Shown one piece after another: positions 40,020 through 53,298 of a stretch of DNA of 64,000 bases. Numbering within the stretch: position 1 is the stretch's first letter; each line of letters starts with the position of its first letter. The DNA is from Macrostomum lignano (lineage: Eukaryota): the NCBI GenBank assembly GCA_002269645.1, contig NIVC01003921.1:5642-69641 (forward strand). Reading direction: 5' to 3'. The position numbers were made by a program, and so were the translations under genes. Below the pieces are notes generated by a model that was not told the origin of the DNA, made no database searches, and saw only the letters and a list, made by a program, of their open reading frames with translations.

Positions 40020-41830
40020 CCGCGCAGCGTTCCTGACGTCTATCGACGTATATGTATACTTTTACATTACATCGACGGATAAGGACGTCATGCATACGTC
40101 GGCTGAGCAGGCCCAGTCGGTGTAATGCACAAATTTTCAGTGACGTCGAGTAAACAAACAAACAGCCCTGCTGACTGTAGCAGCTCCTTGGAGGGGCAGC
40201 TGTGGATGACGGTTGTCTTTGAGCTGCGGGTTGATGGTGTAGGATTAGTTTCGGCTTCTCGGAACCGGTCGAGGGATTTATTACTGCATGAGACCATGCA
40301 CTGCGCATTGGTATGTGTAGTCTTCGAAGTTGGTGGTAGGTACCCAGGCGCTTTTCTTGATGCCGTAGTCATGCTCAAAACTTCTCTCGGATAGCGAAAG
40401 GGACTGGTTTAAGCTTCCGGAACACCGGTTTATTTTCCGAGCTGAACTTTAACGCAAGTTTAACTTGAAGTCCTTGTGAAATCCCAGTTCGTTTTTCCAG
40501 AGGTCCGGGAAACGACTTGACTTAGCTGCAGCTAGGGGGCATCCGGCGGATGCAGCGAGGAGGCGAAGGAGACCGCCCATTCCGCTAGCCCCTGGCGACC
40601 AATGACTTCCATCGAAGTGATGTCGCTCAGGGGGACCCATCGGTCTCGCTTGCAGCGCGGTCCTCCTCACCGGCGGTGGGGAAGAAATCAGCTCGTCCCG
40701 TGTCCCTGAGGCACCGCTCCTCGGGTACTTGGCCCTGAAGGAAGCGGTGGCGAGAGAAGCAGCCATGCCCGGAGAGGGCCATGCTAACTGCTCTGAGGTC
40801 TCTGCGGTTGAGCCTGAGGAGGGCTCTACGCAGGAGAGGAGAGGGGCAGGGAACGGAAACACAGGATTGCCTACAATTCCGGGTGTCGTGCCACCTGCGG
40901 AGATGCTCGGAATCAGTCCAGCGCTTAACACGGGAGTTGATCACCGAGGCGGGGATGGGGCCCCTGGGCCCGGCCCCAGCAGCGCACCGGCGGAGCCAGC
41001 CTTGGCCAGCATGTCAGCGCGCTTCGCCTTCGGCGCAGCTCTGCCGCACAGGAGCTGATGGCAGAGGTCCGGGAAATCGTACGCAAAATTTTGGCTGGCC
41101 TTTTGGCTTTTCCTATAAACGTGTGACCAGTTCAGCCTGTGGTCCAGGGTAATCTCTAGACATTTAGTCTCTGCTTGCAGAAGGGGATTTCCCTTCCGTA
41201 AAGCGTTAGCGGCCGAATCTGCCACTTGGTTCTGCTAGTGAACATAATCGCTGCCGTCTTAGTCTCAGAGAGCGCTTAGACCACAACAACGATCCGCCCA
41301 TTGCTCAGCGGCGTAAATGAAATTTTCAAGAAGGTCCCTGCATGAATGTATCAGGGGACGGACGAGACGCCACCGCGGTGACATCGTCCGCATATCCTAC
41401 TTTCAGAATGAGGTCAAGCCGAGCATCCCGAAGGACCTCGTCGATGACCATATTCCAGAGAGCCAGCGGTTCCCGAAGGCCCCGACCGCGCTGATGGCAG
41501 GTTTGCTGGGTGGTATACCAGTAGGGGTTTTTTTCCTGCTGGAGGGGTCGCTGTGGTTCCTTTTGGCCCGTCAGCACCCTCGCCCTCCCGAGGTTCTCCC
41601 TTCGCAGGTGGCCGGTGGCCGTCTTCCTTCTCCCATGTCCCGTTGTCGCCGCCGCCGCTCATTGCGGCGTTGGTTTCAAGCTCGTCGGGCCTCTGCGGAG
41701 GGCCCAGGTGCGCGTGCGGGCTTGTCGCTGATGGGGGCGGCACTGCAGGCGCCGGGATCACCGGCTGCAGTTGCCGGGGTCCCGGCTTCAGCGGGATGAT
41801 TAGGGGCGGTGAATGCCATGGCTGAAAGCG
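40020..41830 (-). mobile_element. Degenerate non-LTR retrotransposon remnant (reverse transcriptase, probable RNase H)
   Basis: Broken minus-strand frames give LWNMVIDEVL..VGYADDVT (RT catalytic motif), WADRCGL..KTAAIMF..TKCLEITLDHRLNWSH (RT thumb) and VHYTDW near 40110-40135 (RNase H-like); multiple frameshifts. Confidence 0.8.
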
Positions 41831-42119
41831 GGAACGAGTGAGCAGAGTCACAAAGTGAAGGAAGAAAGAAAGAAAATGTGTTCGTCCCTTTGTCGGCGAT
41901 AAAAGCCGACATGGGTTGCTTAAATTTATAATTGAGTAGATAGGGACAGGACGATATTTTTGAGATTTGGATAAAAATTCTCATTGAATATAAATAGGAG
42001 TAGATGTGTATGTTCAAAAAAATTTCCGGATCGACAAGATCACACACAATTTTCACATTAGCTTCTATGGTCACATAATTGGTTAATGAGTGGCCCATCT
42101 TGTGTATATGATCTTTGGT

Positions 42120-42970
42120 TTATACTATAAATTGAGATTCCCAACTACTTTGTGGCAGTCCGGCCTAGCAGATTCAAGCGGGGCACCTGTGTGACTGTGT
42201 ACTGTTGGGATGTCGTACTCAGCACATGAACCGGGTAGTGTCGTTTTCCCGACGAAATTCCCTAGTTCAGGCAAGTTGTGTCGCCGGCAGCCTCTTCCAG
42301 AAATATCCAACGATGAAGTTGCCGTTCTTTGCAGTGTCGACTTCAATTTTGAGAGCCTCACGTTGAGTTTAAATCGACACGTTCAGCTTCGGCGGATCGT
42401 CCTTAGTACGAGCCATGGCATGTATGAGCACGTGCTCCTGATCGGCCAATTGTTACAGTGGCTTCTTGAAGTTAGTTTCCGGGACTGATTGCTGGTGATA
42501 TCGTACTGATCCTTCATGAGCGCCACGATCTGGTCCATCAAAAGTTATCGTTGACGTACTTGGGTGGCGTCTGCTGAGCAGCAAGTTTTCAGCAGTTTGT
42601 AGTTAGTTAGCGTCCGATTCGTCAGAAATCATTCCTCTGGGATGGAGTTTGATCAGATGGTTTGATCATGACTTACTCGGTCATATGTTTGGAGTAACTT
42701 GATGCCTCTCTCAGCGAACTGTCGTTGCAGAGTAGTGTTGTCCTCCTTGCGACGCCAGCGACGCCAGAAAAACCGCCCGTCGTATCTTTGGGTAAATGAT
42801 CGACGAACAGAATATCCCAAATTATCAATGTAGTTCAGGCCGTTGAGAATTTTGCTCGGCAGCATATATATATCGGCACGACATATTGAGCATGCAAATG
42901 TATGCACTGTAAGTTCATTACTTCTATGGTGTAGTAAGCTACACGTAAGCTCCAGTACAGGTATTTTCAC
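42120..42970 (-). pseudogene. Unidentified degraded coding-like remnant, possibly spliced
   Basis: ORF 42653-42970 runs across a strong donor (CGA|GTAAGT) followed by a 40-nt candidate intron ending CCCAG; downstream frames read protein-like but contain in-frame TAA/TGA; no family recognised. Confidence 0.3.
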
Positions 42971-43849
42971 CTTAGAAAGATAATTTTACATTGTCGCCGT
43001 TTTTTTTCTGCGACAAAATTACTTGTAGGTAGTATACGTCCTTGCTCAGTTGTTTCGGACATGAATCAGGCCATGATTGATATATTTATCAAATGCAATG
43101 GACCAAAGCAAAGATCATCCGAGAGATCTCAGTTCTTATTGATGTAGCTATATACGTTTTAATAAATAGAGTCTATGATAGATTGAGTCGCATGCATTCA
43201 TTTTGTATATCAGTCGTCAGGCCAGACATATCTTATACTACAATATTAGTAAATGTATTTAGTCAAGGACCACTAGAGCACGAGCCCTGGGAAATCTGCG
43301 GTTACAATAATCTCAGATATAATAAGCTGCATTGATTGAAAACGCATAGTATGCATTGATAATTGTACCTGAGGGAATTGCACGTGCAGGATGAAGGAAT
43401 CGTTGAAAAGCTACCTGTGTATCTCGCTATTGGGCAAGCCATCCTTGGCCTATAAGCTAGCTGGCCTAGGCTGGATATTGAAGCTTAAGAAGCTTAAAAT
43501 AAAAAGCAAGCAACGACTATAGGCCTTCTCCAATTTGCAAGTCTAATTAGTACTTAAATTCCAACTAAATTGCTTCAAGCTCTGCTAAAAGTGCATGTAC
43601 AGACTAGCAAGCTACACATACACCTGCAAAGAGGGCATCATTATTCGCAAACTATATAACTTCGTCTACTGCAATCAATTTGCTGTGAGTAAATTATACG
43701 CTTTCGAACAAACAGGCCAAGTTAGAATAGTGGTATAGTATACATAATAGTTTAACAAAAATGGTTGAAAATTATCCAATGTGACTCAAGCTGGAACTGG
43801 TTTGGACAGGAATGCAGAGCCGCGATATAGGAAATCCTTTTGTGGAGAT

Positions 43850-44455
43850 CCTCCTACGGGAAACCCACCGACGGGAAATCCTCCAGCGGGAAATCCTCCA
43901 ACGGGAAATCCTCCTACGGGAAACCCACCGACGGGAAATCCTCCAACGGGAAATCCTCCAGCGGGAAATCCTCCAACGGGAAATCCTCCAGCGGGAAATC
44001 CTCCAGCGGGAAATCCTCCAGCGGGAAATCCTCCAACGGGAAATCCTCCAGCGGGAAATCCTCCAGCGGGAAATCCTCCAGCGGGAAATCCTCCAACGGG
44101 AAATCCTCCAACGGGAAATCCTCCAGCGGGAAATCCTCCAACGGGAGACCCTGCTACGGGAACCCCTAGCTCCTACGGGAAATCCTCCAGCGGGAAATCC
44201 TCCAACGGGTGACCCTGCTACGGGAACCCCTAGCTCCTACGGGAAATCCTCATACGAAAATCCTCCTGCGGGAAATCCTCCTGCGGGAAATCCTTCTGCG
44301 ATAAACCCTGGCTCCTACGGAAACCCACCTGAGGGAAACGCTCCAACGGGAAATCCTCCAAAAGGGAAATCCTCCTGCGGGAAATCGTCCTACGGGAAAT
44401 ACTTCTGCTGTAAACCCTCACACTGGAAATCCCTCAGTGGGAAATCCTCCAGCGG
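43850..44455. repeat. Minisatellite, 15-bp unit CTCCAGCGGGAAATC
   Basis: Tandem units; explains ORFs 43781-44519. Confidence 0.96.
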
Positions 44456-44974
44456 CAGACCCTCATCAATGACCATCTCTTGGTATGACAATTATTCGTT
44501 TAATTGCTTCATAACTTAAGAAATTATAACTTTCTTTTTACTGTAGTTATAAGCCAGGAAGCGTATTTCTTCGGCTATATATATATGCTTCAATACCCAC
44601 ACAGAAGCGTGCTAGTTATAGACGTGCCCAGATATAGGGTGCCAGCCTAACAAATGGATCAGGCGAGCGTGTATGAGTGTAAAAATAATTCAACATGACA
44701 ACGAACTGTAGAGTCTGAAAGCATCCAATTAAGTTTGCTAGCCAGTATAGTTTTTTCTCACCGAATACACAGCTCGGTTTCGGAAGCTTGTGTTGTGACT
44801 GTGAAACATGTAATGTATAGTAAGGCCAACTACTCTTTAGCGAATGTTCGACTCAAGGCCACGTGTAATGATCAAGGTCGTTAGCACTCGGCAGTTAGTT
44901 GACACCTAGCACAGAATTTTGTAATTTATACAGGGCCATAGAATGTTATTAATTGTAGGTCACGTGATCTGCCG

Positions 44975-45420
44975 TTTCATCTGACAGGGCGCTATTTCAT
45001 CTGAAAGAGTGCGATTTCATCTGATAGGGCGCCATTTTATCTGACAAGCGCCATTTCATCTGACAGGGCTCCATTTCATCTGAAAGAGTGCGATTTCATC
45101 TGATAGGGCGCCATTTCATCTGACAAGCGCCATTTCATCTGACAGGGCTCCATTTCATCTGAAAGAGTGCGATTTCATCTGATAGGGCGCCATTTCATTT
45201 GACAGGGCGCTATTTCATTTGACAGGGCGCTATTTCATTTGACAGGGTGCCATTTCATTTGACAGGGTGCCATTTCATTTGACAGGGTGCCATTTCATTT
45301 GACAGGGTGCCATTTCATTTGACAGGGTGCCATTTCATTTGACAGGGCGCCATTACATCTGACAGGCGCCGTTTCATTGACAGGTTGCTATTTCATCTGA
45401 TGGGGAGCCATTTCATTTGA
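44975..45420. repeat. Minisatellite, 20-bp unit CATTTCATCTGACAGGGCGC
   Basis: Tandem units read directly. Confidence 0.94.
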
Positions 45421-45638
45421 CGTGGCAAAATCAGGCAACCGTTTTCGAGCCAGCTGCGGCAAATAAAAAGTAATCATTGCTCTTTGAAAAATTCCGCACA
45501 ATTGCCTTTCTAAGGAAGTTTCTCTCCTATTGACTGAATTTCCATTGTATAGGGAGGATAAAATGAAAAAGAAGTCGTCTTCCCGTTTCAATAGACTCTT
45601 TCGTGAGCTGATGAACAATTTTAGATTTCCACATGCCC

Positions 45639-46553
45639 ATGGGCCCGTGCCTGTGCCGAGAACCGCCAGACAATACCCCCACGACTCCGCCTCTGCGACA
45701 AGAAATCGGCCCGGCGGAGGCGGCAGCAGCCGGGACCGCTCTGATTTCAGCTGTCGATGACAGCAACGAAGAGTCGCGCAGTCGACGGTCGAGCAAGTAT
45801 TGTCGGCAAACATCGACGGAAGGGTCTGGCCAACGTTTTATTGATGCATGTACAATGTCCTATAATGTAGTTTCAGATCCCCCTCACAAGTGGCAACGTG
45901 AGTCGGAGAGGATCTCGATCAATAAGTATCAATTTCATATTTTCCTCATAAATCTATAAGTTCCATTGTTTATTCAATGCTATGACTTTTATGCTCATAA
46001 TGAGCATGGGGCGCAGACAAGATTTTCTATTGGGGGTACTATTGTACGCGGGGGTGCCAGCACCAAGGGGCGCCAGCACCAAGGGGCGCCAGCACCAAGG
46101 GGCGCCAGCACCAAGGGGCGCCAGCACCAAGGGGCGCCAGCACCAAGGGGCGCCAGCACCAAGGGGCGCCAGCACCAGGGGGCGCCAGCACCAGGGGGTG
46201 CTAAATCGCCGTGAATTTTTGCCAGCTTAGCTATCATAGGAGGCGCAGCCCACTTTGCCCTCCCCCTGGCTACGCCCCTGATACGAACTGGAAGGGTGGC
46301 GGCCTTAAGAATCAGGATTGAATGCGCAGACTGCTAACTCGCTAACTGACCCCTCAAAAACGCAATCTCCAGGTGCCCAACAGCTTCAGTCACGGAGCTG
46401 CCAGCATTCGGGCAGATTCCCGACAGCCTGCCGGAGGACGCGCGACGCGAACTCAAGACCTTGGAGGGCTTGGTCATTAGCGGCTTCCTGTCGTTGGAAA
46501 AGTACCAAGAGATTAGCTCGGCGATCATCGAAGCCGAGGCGGATGCCGATTAG
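45639..46553 (+). CDS. Putative small protein (119 aa, 3 exons) with N-terminal MGPCLC motif and C-terminal SHOCT/DMAP-binding-like helices
   Basis: Exons 45639-45796, 45877-45897, 46373-46553; both introns are phase 2 and GT-AG; donor GTGAGT at 45898; two CTAAC branch-like motifs before the 46372 acceptor; joined frame is open and ends LPEDARRELKTLEGLVISGFLSLEKYQEISSAIIEAEADAD*. Confidence 0.5.
46004..46280. mobile_element. MITE-like shell containing a 16-bp tandem array (GCACCAAGGGGCGCCA, about 46045-46200)
   Basis: Ends CATGGGGCGCAGACAAG / CTGGCTACGCCCCTG resemble imperfect CAGGGGCG-type TIRs; the internal tandem array is unambiguous. Confidence 0.6.
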
Positions 46554-47906
46554 CCGCTAATAACGATAGTGACTCTCCCTTGGACCAATTTATGAGCAAA
46601 AGCAATCTTCTTGAGGGACCTCTGACAGTAAAAAAATATACATTTCGCTAAAAGCCAGTTGAAATTTTTCAGACTGTTAGCACTAATTCTGCTCGAGGTG
46701 CACTCACAAGGTTATCAAGCTATTATTTTTAAAATGCTACCCGGAGACGGGCAAGCAAGCAAAGTTCCGAAAAATTGCAGCTGCTCCTGTCTCTGTGGTG
46801 TTTTTTTTCCAGACGGATTTGTCTATGGCCAAATCCTAAACAGCGCTGTGCGAAACAGCAATTTTTTGCGAAATTTCGAGTGCAAAGCTGTGAGTGCACC
46901 TTGCGATGCAGCGGTCTTCTGCTTCAGTTGTCTTACGAAGATGTATAGCACTTCACAAAGATTTGTACATTTCTAATCTGAACTTTCGAAGAATTACTTC
47001 GAAATTAATTCAAGTGAACCGTTCCTGTATCTTACGAGTAGTTTAGCACGTTCATAAAAAATCAAAAAATAATTTTTTACCCTTACTACATACTACTCAG
47101 CCTAACAATTAGCAGCATGCGGTTTGAACTGAAATAAAGAAAGAAATCGTCCTCAAACTGACATGATACTTCTTTTTCTGCAACTAGTAATCTGTTACAA
47201 TACTAGTACTGCGATTGCATCTGCTTTATTTTAAATATTATAGAATGCAAATTCGATAAATTAACAACTAACCAATGAACTAAAGATGAAACTTATCAAC
47301 GCGCATTGGGAGGCTGGTGAATCGGCTGCTCTTAGACTAGCAGCGCCATGTAGCAAAAGCACTGAGTCTCACGACTCACACATGCCATTTTTAGAGTGCA
47401 TATGTTCTTAAGCTACTTTCAATTCAGTAGTATCATCCTTTCAGACTTTTTATTATATATTTCTCTGCCCCCAATTTTATTGCCGGCCGTCCTGACTTGG
47501 GGTGGGGGAGGGGGTAAAGCTGCCATGTACATTATCTTGCCGCACTGGCTAATGTACATTGTTCCCGCGCTGATAACAAAGTGTGTCACGTGATTCTCTC
47601 TCCCTTCCACCCTTCCACCCCGCCGCCTAAATTTTTATTGCCTTCCTTGGTATTCCAGCCTAGAACTGCTATGATATGCACATTGCAGTGGTGCTGGCTA
47701 ATGTACAATATTATGGATGAACCAATTAGAAAGTTGTTTACGTCTACAAGCTTTTTTGGGTTCAAAACCTAATCGAGTCATCATACTAACTGGCGGCTCA
47801 ACTAGTTATCTTAGTATCTGGTTGGGGAAAATAGCTACAAATTTCTAGCACTTGCTACTGAATGGGAAGTAGCATAAAACATGTGTGGAAAAATTCGGTT
47901 GCTAAA

Positions 47907-48476
47907 TCAAGCGGCAGCGGATTCGGCCTCCTTGCCAACGTAGAAGCTCTGCCGGAGACCCAGCATGCCAGGCTGATATTTCGGCGGCGGCTGGGCCACC
48001 TCCGGCCGCAGGTCGGTCAGCATGCAGCGCTCGCGGAAGGCGGCCAGCTGGTTGCGAAATTTGGCCCGTTCCCGGCGGCGCTTGGTCTGGCCGGGGCCTT
48101 TCAGGTAGGCCGGCGGCGATCGGCGCTTAAGCTGCAGCAGCCGGCCGCCCATGTAGTAGGTGGCCAGGTCCCGCAGCCGTTCAGCGCCGTCCGAGTCTAC
48201 GTCGTCCGAGGCGTCCTCGGAGCCGCTGTCGGCGCCGCGCACCTGACCATCAGAGGGTGAGGCGAGCACCCGTGGCCGATCGCCGACGAATTCGACAACG
48301 TGCAGGCGCTCCCGATCGGCCAGGTGCTGAAACGATTCCTGCTGGCGTAGGATGCGAAAGAAGGCGCGCATGATGGCCTTGTAGTTGACGCTGCCTTCCA
48401 CCTGAGGTTGTGGGGGGAGAGGGAGGGGTATCACGATGGCTGCAACAGAGCACTTACGGTGGCTGGATGGATAGAT

Positions 48477-48520
<44 letters not shown>

Positions 48521-50018
48521 TTAGATAGATAGATAGATAGATAGATAGATACTAGACAGGCAGACAGTCCTGACCTTAGCGTACAGATCCTCAATGCCGA
48601 TGACCCGGCAGACCTCCTTGATGAGCCGGTGGCAGCGTAGGCCGTAGCCGGGCTCCTTGGGCAGGGCCACCACGCTAGTGGCCAGGTGCTTAGCGTATCC
48701 CGGATGCCACAGAGTCCGGCCGCCGTCGCGCAAATCAAAGAACTCCAGCCGCTGGCCAGCCCTGCTGTTGGCTTTGCGCAGGGCGGCCTGTCTGTTAGGC
48801 GACTTGCTGACCGCGTAGCCACCCAGGCCGCGCCGGTTGCCGGTGACCACCATGACCGAGAAGCTGGGGTAGCGGCCGAACGTGGCCGTCATGTGCGACA
48901 CCATTCGAAACTCCACGATTCGCGATTCGAATCCGTCGAACGCGTAGTCCAGCACCGGCTGCGGCGGCTCGATCCGCTGGCCGCCCATCTGCGGGGTTGC
49001 GGCGCGAGGGTGTTTATTGACTGCCCTATCCCTTTAAGTTGCAACTATAGTACTGTAGTTACTATAGTAATAACTGGATGGGCCATTTGGGATAGCGATA
49101 TTTGCCAGCTAGACATTTTCAGCTTGAAATTTACCAGCTAGACATTTGCCAGCTAGAGATTATTCAGCTAGACATTTGCCAGCTAGAGATTATTCAGCTA
49201 GACATTTGCCAGCTAGAGATTATTCAGCTAGACATTTGCCAGCTAGAGATTATTCAGCTAGACATTTCCAGCTTGAAATTTACCAGCTAGATATTTGCCT
49301 GCTATAAATTTGCCAACTGGAGATTATTCAGCTAGACATTTGCCAGCTAGAGATGATTCAGCTAGACATTTCCAGCTTGAAATTTACCAGCTAGATATTT
49401 GCCTGCTATAAATTTGCCAACTGGAGATTATTCAGCTAGACATTTGCCAGCTAGACTGGATTTAGTTATGTGCAAGTTTAACTCACGAGTCAATTGAATG
49501 TATGGGCTCTACAGCTACATATACAGCCTAGTTAGGTCTTGACATAGAAAACAGACACCCACCTGACCGCCGGACCAGCCGCGCAGCAGAGGCGGCTGCT
49601 TCAACCTGCCCCGCTTCTTGCCCTGCTTGTTTCGCATCTCCAGAATTCTTTCATTGTATTTCTCCATGTCGAACTGGCCAGGCTCCGGGCGTTTCAGCAG
49701 GCCTTTGCTGTCTGTGAGGCGGCCCTGCAGCACCGGGATGACCAGGCCCTGGGTGTTCACGCCCAGCTGCTGGCCCCGGTTCAAGTCAATACGGGGCCGG
49801 GTGACCCGGCGCTTGCCTCGGCTTCGCTTTTTCTTCTGGCCGGGCGCGCCGGTGACACCGATCCACAGGCGGTCGGAGTCGTACAGGTTGCGAGTGAAGA
49901 CGCTGGAGCAGCGGCTTAGCACTAAACTGGACTGTTTAACTGCACTGAATGCGCCGGCTGAGGGTGCCGAGGCTCGGGATACAAGGCTGCTCAATGCTGT
50001 GCTCAGCGAGCGGAGCAT
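47907..50018 (-). CDS. MRPS5: Mitochondrial small-subunit ribosomal protein S5 (3 exons, about 454 aa)
   Basis: Exons 49563-50018, 48575-48988, 47907-48401, all phase 0. Arg/Ser/Leu-rich targeting presequence; RGWSGGQMGG..I.PP; uS5 core ([44 protein letters not shown]). Confidence 0.93.
48468..48552. repeat. (GATA)n microsatellite in MRPS5 intron 2
   Basis: Read directly. Confidence 0.98.
49095..49455. repeat. Minisatellite, 30-bp unit CAGCTAGACATTTGCCAGCTAGAGATTATT
   Basis: Tandem units in MRPS5 intron 1. Confidence 0.92.
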
Positions 50019-50159
50019 TTCACCGGCATCAATAGCGATATTAACATAACAGGCCTTAAGTAGGATCTTACGATACAATAGAATTAAAAACCATATTCAG
50101 TAAAACCTAAACACCCGATTTGAAAATCGAAATACCCAATTTAAAAACCATATTTAATA

Positions 50160-51368
50160 GAATCTAAACACCCATTTGAAAGAATCTAAACACTCATTCG
50201 ATAGAATCGAAACACCCCATCTGAAAGAATCTAAACACTCATTCGATAGAATCTAAACACCTATTCGATAGAATCTAAACACCCTATTCGATAGAATCTA
50301 AACACCTATTCGATAGAATCTAAACACCCTATTCGATAGAATCTAAACACCCATTCTATAGAATCTAAACACCCTGTTCGATAGAATCTAAACACCCCAT
50401 TCGATAGATTCTAAACACCCCATTCGATAGAATCTAAACGCCCTATTCGATAGAATCTAAACACCCATTCTATAGAATCTAAACACCCTGTTCGATAGAA
50501 TCTAAACACCCCATTAGATAGAATCCAAACACCCATTCTATAGAATCTAAACACCCTATTCGATAGAATCTAAACACCCCATTAGATAGAATCCAAACAC
50601 TCATTAGATAGAATCTAAACATCCCATTCGATAGAATCTAAACATCCAATTCGATAGAATCTAAACACTCATTAGATGGAATCTAAACACCCATTAGATA
50701 GAATCTAAACACCTATTCTATAGAATCTAAACACCCTGTTCGATAGAATCTAAACACCCCATTAGATAGAATCCAAACACCCATTCTATAGAATCTAAAC
50801 ACCCTGTTCGATAGAATCTAAACACCCATTCTATAGAATCTAAACGCCCTATTCGATAGAATCTAAACACCCATTCTATAGAATCTAAACACCCTGTTCG
50901 ATAGAATCTAAACACCCCATTAGATAGAATCCAAACACCCATTCTATAGAATCTAAACACCCTGTTCGATAGAATCTAAACACCCCATTAGATAGAATCC
51001 AAACACCCATTCTATAGAATCTAAACACCCTATTCGATAGAATCTAAACACCCCATTAGATAGAATCCAAACACTCATTAGATAGAATCTAAACACCCCG
51101 TTCGATAGAATCTAAACATCCCATTCGATAGAATCTAAACACTCATTAGATGGAATCTAAACACCCTGTTCGATAGAATCTAAACACCCCATTAGATAGA
51201 ATCCAAACACTCATTAGATAGAATCTAAACACCCCGTTCGATAGAATCTAAACATCCCATTCGATAGAATCTAAACACTCATTAGATGGAATCTAAACAC
51301 CCATTAGATAGAATCTAAACATCCCATTCGATAGAATCTAAACACTCATTCGATAGAATCTAAACACC
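50160..51368. repeat. Large minisatellite, about 22-bp unit GATAGAATCTAAACACCCATTC, upstream of MRPS5
   Basis: More than 50 tandem units. Confidence 0.97.
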
Positions 51369-52318
51369 CTCAATTTTATGCAAGCACTATATGTGATGAA
51401 AATGAAGAGTGCGAGCACTTTAATAAATCATAAGCGAAACAGAAGACTTAGTAGACACTGGCCGTGTGTATATGCAGAATTGCATTGAAATTAATTTTTT
51501 TAGTTTAATAAGGTAAATAATAAACATATTTAATCAGCCAATAAAATAGATTAACAAAAAACTTATCTGCACACAATTAGAATATATATATATATAGAAG
51601 GGACGTCAAAAAAGTAAGGAGGCGCTGAACTTTAGTAAATAGGCGACTATTATTTGCAAGCTATAGTAAGCATCATTACTTATTATCACGAGTAAGTCAT
51701 TTTTTGTATGCAGGTATATATTACACAGATTAACAACTGTACCCATTGACAAGTGAAAATATAACTGAGAATTGAATTAACGAATGATATAATTTATAAT
51801 AAATAGTTAGTAACGAGTGAGATGTCAACTAATGAACTCAAAAAAATAATAAAGTGAATTGAAAAATAGAAAATATGTTACATCATTGAGTAGACATCTA
51901 TTGGATACTTGCAGTGTTGAATTGACACGAAATTCTATGTAGATATTGTCACTGATACTACTGAATGCCTTGCATGAGTAGTATGGATCGGACAGTAGTA
52001 AATTTGTAAATTCACGTTTGCAACGAAATCAAGAACTAGCGAGTGAAGAGTGTATTGATGCGCAAGGAAACACCGTTCAATAAAAAAACGCGAAATCATT
52101 AAAGTACAAAAATAGCGTTAATAGTCAATATATAAGCAAGTTAGTTTAGAGACGGCAAGGATCAAAGGAATACAATTTATCAATCATTAATAATTAAGAA
52201 TTTAACTTCAATTTTCATGTTGAGACAAATGAATCTACAAACTCACGGAGGCGCAGAAGGCAAAGGACTAACTAACTGAGTACTGTACACAAGGATGTAA
52301 TCAGCTATGCAGCCGGGC

Positions 52319-53246
52319 CTACTTGATCGCTAGTTCGTCGAATTTTCGAAGTAGATCGTCTCGGTCTTTGTCTCGCTTGCGCTCCCTGGAATAATAATAA
52401 TAATAATTGATTACACCTGCCCTAATGGGCAGCTGTGCAACCGACAGCTCAGCCGCAGCTATTGCGCGGCGCATCTGAAGGCTGCGTACGGCTGTTCAGT
52501 CCAAAGAGTGGGGGTCGCCACACACCCTCAATTACCCCAGCTAATGCTGGCACCCATTTTACAGCTGGGTGAACTGAAGCAATGCAGAGTTAAGTGTCTC
52601 TTGCTCAAGGACACAAATTGCTCCGAGTGGGTCGAGAATCGAACCCCCGACCTTTCAGTTGTGAGTCCGACGCTCTGACCACTAGGCTGCAACCCCCTTG
52701 AGCTATGAGAGGCTGCAACCCCCTTGAACTATGAAAGGCTGCAACCCCCTTGAAATATGAGAGGCTGCAACCCCCTTGAAATGAGAGGCTGCAACCCCCT
52801 TGAAATGAGAGGCTTCAACCCCCTTGAAATGAGAGGCTGCAACCTCCTTGAAATGAGAGGCTGCAACCCTGGAAAGATGCGGTAAGTAATGCTTGCAGGA
52901 GGGGGTGCCATCAGCGCTATCAGAGTTTCTACGATTCACTCCGTTAAAATAAATGAAAGCTTCAACTCACTTTTGTCGTTCAGCTTTGTAGGCATTGGTG
53001 AGATCGTCAAACAGCTTCGTATTCATCTCCATAAAGCCTTTAAGCACATTGTACACCAGGGCTACAATAGTCTGGTTCCAGTGCTCGCGCGAGATTCTAT
53101 ACAGAGCAGGGAACAGGATAGGCATCAGTACTTCGTTGTTCTCTTCAACTAGCGACATTATGTACTCATTGTTCCAGTAGAACAGAGACCGCTCGGCAAC
53201 CTGAAGGTAAAGATCAGAGCAGCTCAGCGGTAAAACGCGTCCGACA

Positions 53247-53298
<52 letters not shown>

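Noticed and set aside
43781-44519. GNPP, REILQ and GKSS repeat ORFs resembling low-complexity proteins
   Set aside because: All frames of one 15-bp tandem repeat
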